Position numbers and translations under genes: made by a program. From Pseudoalteromonas tetraodonis (GTDB lineage Bacteria > Pseudomonadota > Gammaproteobacteria > Enterobacterales > Alteromonadaceae), in NCBI RefSeq assembly GCF_002310835.1, contig NZ_CP011042.1, positions 600,001-632,000 on the forward strand: 32,000 nucleotides of DNA. The letters are read 5' to 3'. Every line of letters starts with the position of its first letter. The first letter of the stretch is position 1. This document shows positions 19,771-27,254 of the stretch, one piece after another. Under the pieces are notes generated by a model that was not told where the DNA came from, made no database searches, and saw only the letters and a list, made by a program, of their open reading frames with translations.

Positions 19771-21942
19771 ATGCGTTTAAAACCTCTTGTTGCCACTTTG
19801 GTAGCAACCTGTTCACTGGCACTTTCTTCTGCGGCCAATGCCGATGAAGGTATGTGGCAACCACATCAGCTACCAGAGCTGGAATCAATTTTAAAAGCCA
19901 AAGGCCTTGAAATCAGTGTTGATTCAATTTCAAAATTAACCGAATTTCCAATGAATGCGGTTATTAGCTTAGGCGGATGTACAGCCTCGTTTGTTTCGCC
20001 AAAGGGCTTAGTTGTTACTAACCATCACTGTATTTATGGCTCAGTGCAATATAATTCAACGCCTGAAAACAACATACTTGAAAACGGCTTTTTAGCAAAA
20101 ACACCGGCTGAAGATTTACCTGCTGCGCCAGGTTCGCGTGTGTACGTTACAGAAACAGTGACCAACGTGACTGATAAAGTAATTAGCGGCACTAACGAGC
20201 TAAGTGCAAAAGCACGCTACGATGCGTTAGAAAAAAATCAAAAAGCCCTCGTTGCAGAGTGTGAAGCTGATGCTAGCTACCGTTGTAATGTATATTCGTT
20301 TCATGGTGGTTTAGAGTTTTACCTTATTAAATCGCTGGAAATTAAAGATGTACGTTTAGCGTATGCACCTGCTATGGGCGTAGGTAAATACGGTGGCGAT
20401 ATCGATAACTGGATGTGGCCGCGTCACACAGGCGATTTTGGTTTTTACCGCGCCTATGTAGGTAAAGACGGCAAACCAGCAGAATACAGCGAAGACAACG
20501 TACCGTACGTGCCTGAGTCTTACTTAAGTGTAAGTGCTAAAGGCGTGCAAGAGGGTGATTTTGTCATGGTTACTGGCTATCCAGGACGAACCAATCGTTA
20601 CCGTATTGCGGCAGAGGTCGATTATGTATTTAACGACAGCTACCCTAAAGCGCGCATGCACAATACTAAATACGTGTCACTTATTGAAGAAAACTCAGAA
20701 GACGGCAGCAAAGCGCGTATTGCTTACGAAAGCACCATAGCTGGTTATAACAACTACATTAAAAACTATGGCTCGATGATCGAAAGCTTTAAAAAAGGCA
20801 CCATGTTTGAGCGTAAAAAGCAGTTTGAACAAGAACTTACAAGCTGGATAAACAGCGATAGCGAACGTAAACAGCGCTACGGTAATGTACTTAATGAGTT
20901 ATCAGCACTTGTTGCACAATCGCAAGAGCACAGTGAGCGCGACCGTATGGTAGGCTATGTTCACCGTTCACAAATGATCAGCACGGCACGTCGTTTATAC
21001 CGTTTAGCTTATGAAAAACAAAAGCCAAATAGCGAGCGTGAATCGGGTTATCAAGAACGTGATTTACCGCGTATTAAATCGGGTTTAGAGCGTATGTCTC
21101 GTCGCTTTGACGCAAACGTAGATAAAGCCATATTACTGCACTTTTTAGAGCAATATGCAGCATTACCTAAAGCAGAGCGTTTTAGTGAAATTGATAAAGC
21201 CTTTGCTTTAGAAAATGGGTTTGATAAAGCAAAACAAAGTGCATTACTTGATGAAATGTACGCTAAATCAACGCTTGATAACGAAATTGTACGTAATTCA
21301 TTATTTGAGCAAACGCTTAGCCAATTAAACCAAAGCCAAGACCCATTCATGCAATATGCAAAAGCCATATTCACGGTAATGAAAGCTGAGGAAGATAAGT
21401 CAAAAGCCCTTGCAGGTAAGTTACAAGCCGCTCGCCCAGAGTTAATGAGTGCGATTATTGCCTTTAATAAAGCGCAAAACAAACCGGTTTACGCCGATGC
21501 AAATAGCACATTACGTGTAACTTACGGCACGGTAGGCGGGTATTCTCCGCAAGATGGTTTAGTGGCCACGCCGTTTACCTCACTTGAAGGGTTACTGGCT
21601 AAAAACACCGATGTTGACCCATTTAATGCGCCTAAAAAGCTGCAAGAGCAAATTAAAGCCAAGCTTTATGGTGATTACACAGGTGGCATGAATACCGTAC
21701 CGGTTAACTTTTTATCAAACGTAGACACAACTGGCGGTAACTCAGGTTCACCAACACTAAATGGTAAAGCTGAGCTGGTGGGTTTACTGTTTGACGGTGT
21801 GTACGAAAGCATTATTGGTGATTGGGATTACAACCCAGAGCTAAATCGCTCAATCCATGTAGATTCACGCTACATGCTGTGGGTAATGGATAAAGTAGAT
21901 AACGCCCAAAACTTATTAGACGAAATGAAAATCGTAAAATAA
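19771..21942 (+). CDS. secreted S46-family dipeptidyl-peptidase (DPP7/DPP11-like)
   Basis: Signal peptide then ADEGMWQP, catalytic His in TNHHC, and catalytic Ser in TTGGNSGSP. Size of 723 aa fits the family. Confidence 0.85.
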   Translation: MRLKPLVATLVATCSLALSSAANADEGMWQPHQLPELESILKAKGLEISVDSISKLTEFPMNAVISLGGCTASFVSPKGLVVTNHHCIYGSVQYNSTPENNILENGFLAKTPAEDLPAAPGSRVYVTETVTNVTDKVISGTNELSAKARYDALEKNQKALVAECEADASYRCNVYSFHGGLEFYLIKSLEIKDVRLAYAPAMGVGKYGGDIDNWMWPRHTGDFGFYRAYVGKDGKPAEYSEDNVPYVPESYLSVSAKGVQEGDFVMVTGYPGRTNRYRIAAEVDYVFNDSYPKARMHNTKYVSLIEENSEDGSKARIAYESTIAGYNNYIKNYGSMIESFKKGTMFERKKQFEQELTSWINSDSERKQRYGNVLNELSALVAQSQEHSERDRMVGYVHRSQMISTARRLYRLAYEKQKPNSERESGYQERDLPRIKSGLERMSRRFDANVDKAILLHFLEQYAALPKAERFSEIDKAFALENGFDKAKQSALLDEMYAKSTLDNEIVRNSLFEQTLSQLNQSQDPFMQYAKAIFTVMKAEEDKSKALAGKLQAARPELMSAIIAFNKAQNKPVYADANSTLRVTYGTVGGYSPQDGLVATPFTSLEGLLAKNTDVDPFNAPKKLQEQIKAKLYGDYTGGMNTVPVNFLSNVDTTGGNSGSPTLNGKAELVGLLFDGVYESIIGDWDYNPELNRSIHVDSRYMLWVMDKVDNAQNLLDEMKIVK

Positions 21943-21963
21943 GAAGCAGTTAAAATAACAAAA

Positions 21964-21996
21964 AGGCGCTTACCTTAATCGGAAGCGCCTTTTTTT
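21964..21996 (+). terminator. rho-independent terminator
   Basis: aggcgctt-accttaatcgg-aagcgcct followed by six more T (seven counting the stem's last T). Confidence 0.8.
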
Positions 21997-22033
21997 GTTT
22001 AAACATTTTCGGCGATTAATTTAACTTAGGGTA

Positions 22034-22075
22034 CGGGCTGCGGGCTACGAGCTGCGAGGTTCGGGTTGCGGGGGG
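22034..22075. repeat. six tandem GC-rich heptamers (consensus CGGGCTG)
   Basis: Read directly: cgggctg cgggcta cgagctg cgaggtt cgggttg cgggggg. An inverted partial copy (cgggctacgag as its reverse complement ctcgtagcccg) occurs at 25243-25253, and a shorter one at 22500-22507. Confidence 0.85.
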
Positions 22076-22083
22076 AGTTAATT

Positions 22084-22470
22084 TGTTTTTAGCAGTAAGT
22101 ATCTTTAGTAGCAGCGATTTTATATCGCGTCAGAGTTAAGCCTAAATAAGTATTTACCACCGAGAACACAGAGTTAACAGAGAAATACTTAAAAGATATG
22201 AATCCATCTCTGTGCAGCGCAAAGCGCCTCGGGATTCTCTGTGGTGAAAAAACTGTTTTTAGCAGTAAATGTCTTTCGTAGCAGCGACTTTATATCGCGT
22301 CAGAGTTAAGCCTAAATAAGCATTTACCACCGAGGACACAGAGTTCACAGAGAAATGCTTAAAAGATATCAATCCACCTCTGTGTAGCGCAAAGCGCCTC
22401 GGAATTCTCTGTGGTGCAAAAATTGTTTTTATCAGTAAATGTATTTCGTAGCAGCGATTTCATATCGCGT
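22084..22470. repeat. 170-bp tandem repeat array, left copy (~2.3 units)
   Basis: The marker tagcagcga recurs at 22109, 22279 and 22449 (period 170). Units 22091-22260 and 22261-22430 differ at 15 of 170 hand-aligned positions. Confidence 0.9.
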
Positions 22471-22510
22471 ATTTATGGACATTAGCATTTTACTCGCGCC
22501 TCGTAGCTCT

Positions 22511-22606
22511 CACTTCTCTTTGTTAAATAAGGTCTTTAAGTGATTTATGCACAAAGAGGGCGAAGAGACGCTGCGCTTTCAGAGGAAGGTATAAAACAAG
22601 GTTGTT
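22511..22606. repeat. ~95-bp hairpin repeat element, copy R2-A
   Basis: cacttctctttgttaaataaggtctttaagtgatttatgcacaaagagggcgaagagacgctgcgctttcagaggaaggtataaaacaaggttgttt, with internal inverted repeat ctctttgt/acaaagag. Near-identical to the copy at 25266-25361. Confidence 0.85.
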
Positions 22607-22630
22607 TGGTGGTTTAGGTTACTAATTTAC

Positions 22631-22726
22631 TGCTCATTCACTTCTCTTTGTAGAATAAGGTTTTTAAGTGATTGATTTACCATGAGGGTGCAGAGACGCT
22701 GCGCTTTTGTAGGAGCAGGGTGTTTT
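22631..22726. repeat. hairpin repeat element, diverged copy R2-B
   Basis: tgctcattcacttctctttgtagaataaggtttttaagtgattgattt...gcagagacgctgcgcttttgtaggagcagggtgttttt. Same order of blocks as R2-A, but the stem is partly lost. Confidence 0.75.
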
Positions 22727-22771
22727 TAAATATAAACTTTTTAATAATGGTAAATACGTGCGTTTAATTTA

Positions 22772-23665
22772 CTAAATGCCAACCAACATGATTTTACCTT
22801 GTGCCATGCCCTCAAGCTGACAACTAAAATCAATGCGCTTTTCAGCAGGTGTTTTATACAGCAAAGTGAGTTTACGAAAAGGCGTGGTAATCACTTTGAC
22901 CGTTTTGATTTGTAAACTAACGCGTGTTCGTTTGTCTAAAAAGGCAAAAGCCGTTTCCGTTAACGCTTTTTTACATGCGCTTAATGCTGTATTCGTTACA
23001 ACGCCTGACAATATAGAGTTACTGATATCTTCAGCCGACAAGCTGCTATAGCCACTTGCCATTACGCAGGCAGCATAAATATCAAGTATGGCAATGGCAC
23101 GTACTTTTTGACTTTTTGGATCCTCATAAACAGCCATGACGCAGGGTACTTTAGACTCATCAAATACCTGAGGTTGAATTGTGTTTACGATTAAGGACTG
23201 ACTTATATGTTTATGAAACAATCGTTCTAATTGCGACAGTTTTGGTAACGCTAAATCACTGTTTAATTCAATTTCATCAGGGATGATTTCGTTATTTTCA
23301 ACAAGCTGTACTAAAGGCAATAATTTATCGTGTAGTTGCGCGTCTGTGAAAGGCTTTGATAATACAAAGGATGCACCAAAGCTAATAGCTTCTTCAATTT
23401 GAGACTTTTCATCAACGGTGGTCAGCATTGCCACTATTATATTAAGTTGCCTTTGCTTTATTGCACGTAATAACGTAACTCCACACATATCAGGCATATG
23501 CCAGTCTGTAAGGACAATATCGGGGTGCCAACTACCAATCAGCGTTAACGCAGATTTAGCATTGCTAGCTTTTTCTATTAATAACTTTCGATAGCCAAAT
23601 TTTTCCAACCCTCGGCGTACTATTTCGAGTGTTGCTTGGCTGTCATCCACGATAAGTATTTTCAC
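22772..23665 (-). CDS. orphan response regulator: REC domain plus ~170-aa uncharacterised C-terminal domain
   Basis: Canonical receiver residues: D7-D8 (IVDDSQ), D54 (VLTDWHMPDM), T82/83 (MLTTV) and K104 (LSKPF). GTG start. I recognise no DNA-binding or enzymatic motif in residues ~125-297. No histidine kinase is present in the window. Confidence 0.8.
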   Translation of the reverse strand: MKILIVDDSQATLEIVRRGLEKFGYRKLLIEKASNAKSALTLIGSWHPDIVLTDWHMPDMCGVTLLRAIKQRQLNIIVAMLTTVDEKSQIEEAISFGASFVLSKPFTDAQLHDKLLPLVQLVENNEIIPDEIELNSDLALPKLSQLERLFHKHISQSLIVNTIQPQVFDESKVPCVMAVYEDPKSQKVRAIAILDIYAACVMASGYSSLSAEDISNSILSGVVTNTALSACKKALTETAFAFLDKRTRVSLQIKTVKVITTPFRKLTLLYKTPAEKRIDFSCQLEGMAQGKIMLVGI

Positions 23666-23763
23666 GCATGTTACTTTTTTTTAAATGTTGTTGTTATTAT
23701 GGCAGATTTTTTTGACAGCGCTAAACTCTAGTAAATAAACACTTAATTTAAGATAATTTAATA

Positions 23764-24564
23764 ATGCCATATGCCGTTTTTCCGCCAGAGGTTTATCATT
23801 ATATTGCTATAAATTTTGGGCTACTTATTTTAGCCGCGTGGTTTTATATTCTTTTATTGATACTCAGAGAGTTTAGGGCTTTTGCGTTGAGTATGGTTAA
23901 AAGTAACGGCACAATGGATGATGCGACGTTAGCTATGTGCAGAGAGTCTGTTGACAATGCCATGAGCTATGTTAACGATAATCGAAAAACTATCGCTGAG
24001 TTAATCAGTGTACAAATGCTGTTACAACAGCAATTAACAGAGGTTACTTCATCAACCAAAGATCATGTTACCGAAAAAGAACAACAGCTAATTGATGATC
24101 TCAATAAAAAATTAAAACGCTCGCATCAGTTAATTCGCAAACTAAAAGGGGATCTCGATAAAAGTGTTGAAAAATTAAAAGTGACCCGTCAAAAGCTCTA
24201 TGCACAATATGATGCAGTGACTGTGCTTCAAGAAGAAAAAGACCAGCTACAAGCAGATTATGAAGCGCTTAAAACCGCAAGCGAAAATAGTGATAAAACA
24301 TCAAGCGCAGATACATCCTCAACGCCCGATCAAACAAGACTACTTAACACTTTAAACGAATATAAAAGGCAAATTGCAGAGCAAGACCAACTACTACAGC
24401 AATTGCAGTTACAAACAGACGGGCCAGAAAGTAGTGAGGAGTTAGACACACTAAAGCAAGAGCTAGAAAAAACACAGTACGCACTTAAACACCTTACAAA
24501 AGAAAAAAAATTCATTGAAGGGCGCTATTTAGAAATGATGAAAAATAGCCAAAAACCAAGTTAG
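23764..24564 (+). CDS. membrane-anchored coiled-coil protein
   Basis: One N-terminal TM helix (YIAINFGLLILAAWFYILLLIL) followed by ~190 aa of Q/E/K/L-rich heptad sequence. Divergent from the response regulator across a 98-bp spacer. Confidence 0.65.
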   Translation: MPYAVFPPEVYHYIAINFGLLILAAWFYILLLILREFRAFALSMVKSNGTMDDATLAMCRESVDNAMSYVNDNRKTIAELISVQMLLQQQLTEVTSSTKDHVTEKEQQLIDDLNKKLKRSHQLIRKLKGDLDKSVEKLKVTRQKLYAQYDAVTVLQEEKDQLQADYEALKTASENSDKTSSADTSSTPDQTRLLNTLNEYKRQIAEQDQLLQQLQLQTDGPESSEELDTLKQELEKTQYALKHLTKEKKFIEGRYLEMMKNSQKPS

Positions 24565-24613
24565 CCAACGATTTTTTTCAGTCTGAGCCAGTACACGTTA
24601 TGCCTGTGTTTTC

Positions 24614-24655
24614 TGCTCATTCACTTCTATTTGTAGAATAAGACCTTTTAGTGAA
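24614..24655. repeat. hairpin repeat element, truncated copy R2-C
   Basis: tgctcattcacttctatttgtagaataagaccttttagtga matches the first ~40 nt of R2-B (22631-). Confidence 0.7.
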
Positions 24656-24680
24656 CGTAAAAAAGCCATATATTGCCCTG

Positions 24681-25213
24681 TAGCAGCGATCTCACATTGC
24701 GCCAGAGTTAAGCCTAAATAAGTATTTACCACCGAGGACACAGAGTTCACAGAGAAATGTTTAAAAGATATCAATCCACCTCTGTGTAACGCAAAGCGCC
24801 TTGGGATTCTCTGTGGTGCAAAAATTGTTTCTATCAGTAAATGTCTTTTGTAGCAGCGATTTCATATCGAGCCAGAGTTAAGCCTAAATAAGTATTTACC
24901 ACCGAGGACACAGAGTTCACAGAGAAATGCTTAAAAGATATCAATCCACCTCTGTGTAGCGCAAAGCGCCTCGAGATTCCCTGTGGTGCAAAAATTATTT
25001 TTATCAGTAAATGTCTTTCGTAGCAGCGATTTCATATCGAGCCAGAGTTAAGCCTAAATAAGTATTTACCACCGAGGACACAGAGTTAACAGAGAAATGC
25101 TTAAAAGATATCAATCCACCTCTGTGTAGCGCAAAGCGCCTCGGGATTCTCTGTGGTGCAAAAAATTGTTTTTATCAGTAAATGTCTTTAGTAGCAGCGA
25201 TTTCATATCGCGT
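24681..25213. repeat. 170-bp tandem repeat array, right copy (~3.1 units)
   Basis: tagcagcga recurs at 24681, 24851, 25021 and 25192 (periods 170, 170, 171). Same orientation as the left array, and it ends at the same junction gcagcgatttcatatcgcgtatttatggRcattagcattttactcgcgcctcgtagc. Confidence 0.9.
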
Positions 25214-25265
25214 ATTTATGGGCATTAGCATTTTACTCGCGCCTCGTAGCCCGAAGCCTCCCATC

Positions 25266-25361
25266 CACTTCTCTTTGTGTAATAAGGTCTTTAAGTGATT
25301 TATGCACAAAGAGGGCAGGAGACGCTGCGCTTTTAGAGGAAGAGATAAAACAAAGCTGTTT
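25266..25361. repeat. hairpin repeat element, copy R2-D
   Basis: cacttctctttgtgtaataaggtctttaagtgatttatgcacaaagagggcaggagacgctgcgcttttagaggaagagataaaacaaagctgttttt, with a 9-bp stem ctctttgtg/cacaaagag. It ends 5 nt from the stop codon of the 25366-25668 gene. Confidence 0.85.
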
Positions 25362-25365
25362 TTAG

Positions 25366-25668
25366 CTAGTCACTACCATATAGTGCAACGTTATCTTTGC
25401 TGAGTATGTAAGGTGACGATTTATAGTAAACAAAGAACCAGCCTAATATGGCTAATATTACGCCTAAACCATATTTGCTAAAAATTGGAATATACATTAT
25501 CAATGTAAACACGACTGCCGAATACAATAAAAATATAGCCCAAAATAATTTTGAGCTGATAAGTTTCAATCTCAACTGACAATTGGCACATTTAAAGTAA
25601 AACGGGAATGCAGATAAATAAAGGCTGAAAACATCTATTTTATGTTCACAGCGAGGACATAGACTCAT
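25366..25668 (-). CDS. zinc-ribbon plus 2-TM small membrane protein (100 aa)
   Basis: Start re-called to the ATG at 25668 (AAGGA 6 nt upstream) rather than 25752. MSLCPRCEH...x19...CANC gives CxxC-x19-CxxC, followed by two hydrophobic helices (LFWAIFLLYSAVVFTLIMYIPIF and LGVILAILGWFFVYY). Confidence 0.6.
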   Translation of the reverse strand: MSLCPRCEHKIDVFSLYLSAFPFYFKCANCQLRLKLISSKLFWAIFLLYSAVVFTLIMYIPIFSKYGLGVILAILGWFFVYYKSSPYILSKDNVALYGSD

Positions 25669-25720
25669 AAATTTCCTTTTACTTTTAACATATTTTGTTA
25701 AAGCGCTTGTTATGTTTACA

Positions 25721-25969
25721 CTACTTCCATGGAATCCATGATTTTGGCGCATGACCTGTTACCGCAACTTTTAAAAATAATAGGAAAAAATAAGGAGCTG
25801 ATAGCATACCGAATACAGCCCTAAAATCTAGATTATCAAAACTGACATTACCCCGTTCAAAGAATGCAATTAGTAAACTACTAAACGCAATAAGTGCGCA
25901 AATGATAAATATTATTGCTAAAGAGCGAATAAATAAATTAACTTTTTCACCGTTCCATGGTGCTTGCAT
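25721..25969 (-). CDS. 2-TM miniprotein (82 aa)
   Basis: Start re-called to the ATG at 25969, preceded by AAGGAGG with a 5-nt spacer; the ORF-track start at 26095 would overlap the upstream gene by 47 nt. Helices are SLAIIFIICALIAFSSLLIAFF and FGMLSAPYFFLLFLKVAV. Confidence 0.6.
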   Translation of the reverse strand: MQAPWNGEKVNLFIRSLAIIFIICALIAFSSLLIAFFERGNVSFDNLDFRAVFGMLSAPYFFLLFLKVAVTGHAPKSWIPWK

Positions 25970-26048
25970 AATACCTCCTTGTAGACATAACGTTGCTATT
26001 AAGTGGAAAATAATGGTTGGCGTATAATCGCGAAGCGATGGCCAACTG

Positions 26049-26900
26049 TTATTTTTCCACTTGAATGCCCTTGTTAGGCATTTTTCTAAGTACATTTAGG
26101 GTTCGTTTTACTTTAAGTTGTGCTTCATGAAGCCAACCACCATCTCGGTTTAAGTACACATCAAAATTTTCAAGTAGAGATATTAATTCATCTTTGTTTT
26201 TCAAACCTAAAGCAACTTTATCAGAGGCGTTGTTAATGCCCTTTGTTGATAAGTTCCCTTTAGGTGGGATATCAACCTCTAGAAAGTGGTAGCCATTAAC
26301 AAGCTCGATAGCGGATAGAACAGCAATATCAACTAAATGTTGGGGATCAGATGCCACACCAATTTTACTTCGGAAAATTGAAGCGATTCTTGGTTGTAGG
26401 TATTCAATATATGAAACATGGGAACTAGAATCATTTTGGTGTGGAGGAGCACCACTACGATCATCATAGGGAAAAGATCTTGTATATGCAGAAGTGATTA
26501 AAGACATTGCCATCAAACATTCTTCGTCCAAAAACAATTGATGCTTGTATAACAGACTTTTAAATTCTCGATACCCTTCAAATGGTACAGGTTCATATAA
26601 CCCTTCGTCTGGATCATAGTGCTTCAACCAATCAGTATTCACTTGAGCTATTTTCGTTATCAAAGCGGCGAACGCATCTCTTTGGTGATCAAAGAACAAT
26701 GATGTACGAAGTTGAGAAACTTGATTTTCATGTTTAATACCCTCAACTTTCGAGTTCAACTCTGTTTTATAGCTTTCGAGTTTTTCTGCGTACTCATGCT
26801 GAATGGATTGTTTCAACCTTTCAGATATCCACCCTTTAGCTAACCAAACTAATACGGCACCACTCAAACCACCTGATAATATACTGAGTATATATTCCAC
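26049..26900 (-). CDS. N-terminally anchored protein of unknown function (283 aa)
   Basis: The GTG at 26900 is preceded by AGGAG with a 5-nt spacer; the GTG at 26939 is the alternative. It has a TM helix EYILSILSGGLSGAVLVWLAKGW, a ~40-aa heptad segment (ERLKQSIQHEYAEKLESYKTELNSKVEGIKHE), then a ~200-aa domain with no motif I recognise. Confidence 0.65.
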   Translation of the reverse strand: MEYILSILSGGLSGAVLVWLAKGWISERLKQSIQHEYAEKLESYKTELNSKVEGIKHENQVSQLRTSLFFDHQRDAFAALITKIAQVNTDWLKHYDPDEGLYEPVPFEGYREFKSLLYKHQLFLDEECLMAMSLITSAYTRSFPYDDRSGAPPHQNDSSSHVSYIEYLQPRIASIFRSKIGVASDPQHLVDIAVLSAIELVNGYHFLEVDIPPKGNLSTKGINNASDKVALGLKNKDELISLLENFDVYLNRDGGWLHEAQLKVKRTLNVLRKMPNKGIQVEK

Positions 26901-26986
26901 ATTTACTCCTAATATTGGTGCCACTATTGTGGTTAACACTGATGCCTAACAATTTAATAGTGCGCTCACCGCGCATATTTATACCA

Positions 26987-27010
26987 GCGCTGCGCTCACT
27001 TTTCTATTTT
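26987..27010. repeat. possible degenerate R2-like remnant
   Basis: gcgctgcgctcacttttctatttt combines the gacgctgcgcttt and tcacttctatttgt blocks of the R2 elements. The match is short and weak. Confidence 0.3.
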
Positions 27011-27254
27011 ATATAGTTTTAACAAATTACCTAACATATTACTATCACTAGTTTTTTATTGTATTTAAGCAACGCTTAGAGGAATAATATGCGCGCTTGG
27101 CTCATTTTATTTAATATATGAGCAAACGGTAGTTTGAACATTTAGCTAGATACAGCGATAAATCTATTTCTTTCAACATTCTTTAGTATATTTCATGTGC
27201 ATTTTGTAACCATTAAATGCTACGTTAGATGTAACTATATTGAAGGAATAAATT

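Noticed and set aside
22772-23300. The C-terminal domain of the response regulator could be a CheX/CheC-like phosphatase domain.
   Set aside because: Comparison from memory with CheX sequences showed no convincing shared motif. The domain is left as uncharacterised.
24839-24889. A 16-codon mini-ORF (MSFVAAISYRARVKPK) is repeated inside the 170-bp units.
   Set aside because: It has no Shine-Dalgarno upstream, and the ATG is absent in the first left unit (aagtatc instead of aaatgtc). Differences between copies are not biased to synonymous positions (ISYRA versus TLYRV).
22084-25213. The repeat arrays could be a CRISPR locus.
   Set aside because: The units are 170 bp and directly abut each other with no unique spacers, there is no 25-40-bp repeat periodicity, and no cas genes are in the window.
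22511-25361. The R2 elements could be integron attC sites separating gene cassettes.
   Set aside because: Only copy R2-A contains a GTTRRRY-like core (GTTAAAT), and none has a matching inverse RYYYAAC core at the other end. The genes between copies are on both strands, and no intI-like integrase is present in the window. This cannot be excluded without a proper attC covariance model, but it is not supported by eye.
27100-27254. MetJ operator (tandem AGACGTCT boxes) or a riboswitch could lie upstream of metY.
   Set aside because: The best 8-mer found (AGATGTAA) matches only 5/8 and has no tandem neighbour. No conserved riboswitch-like stems were seen.
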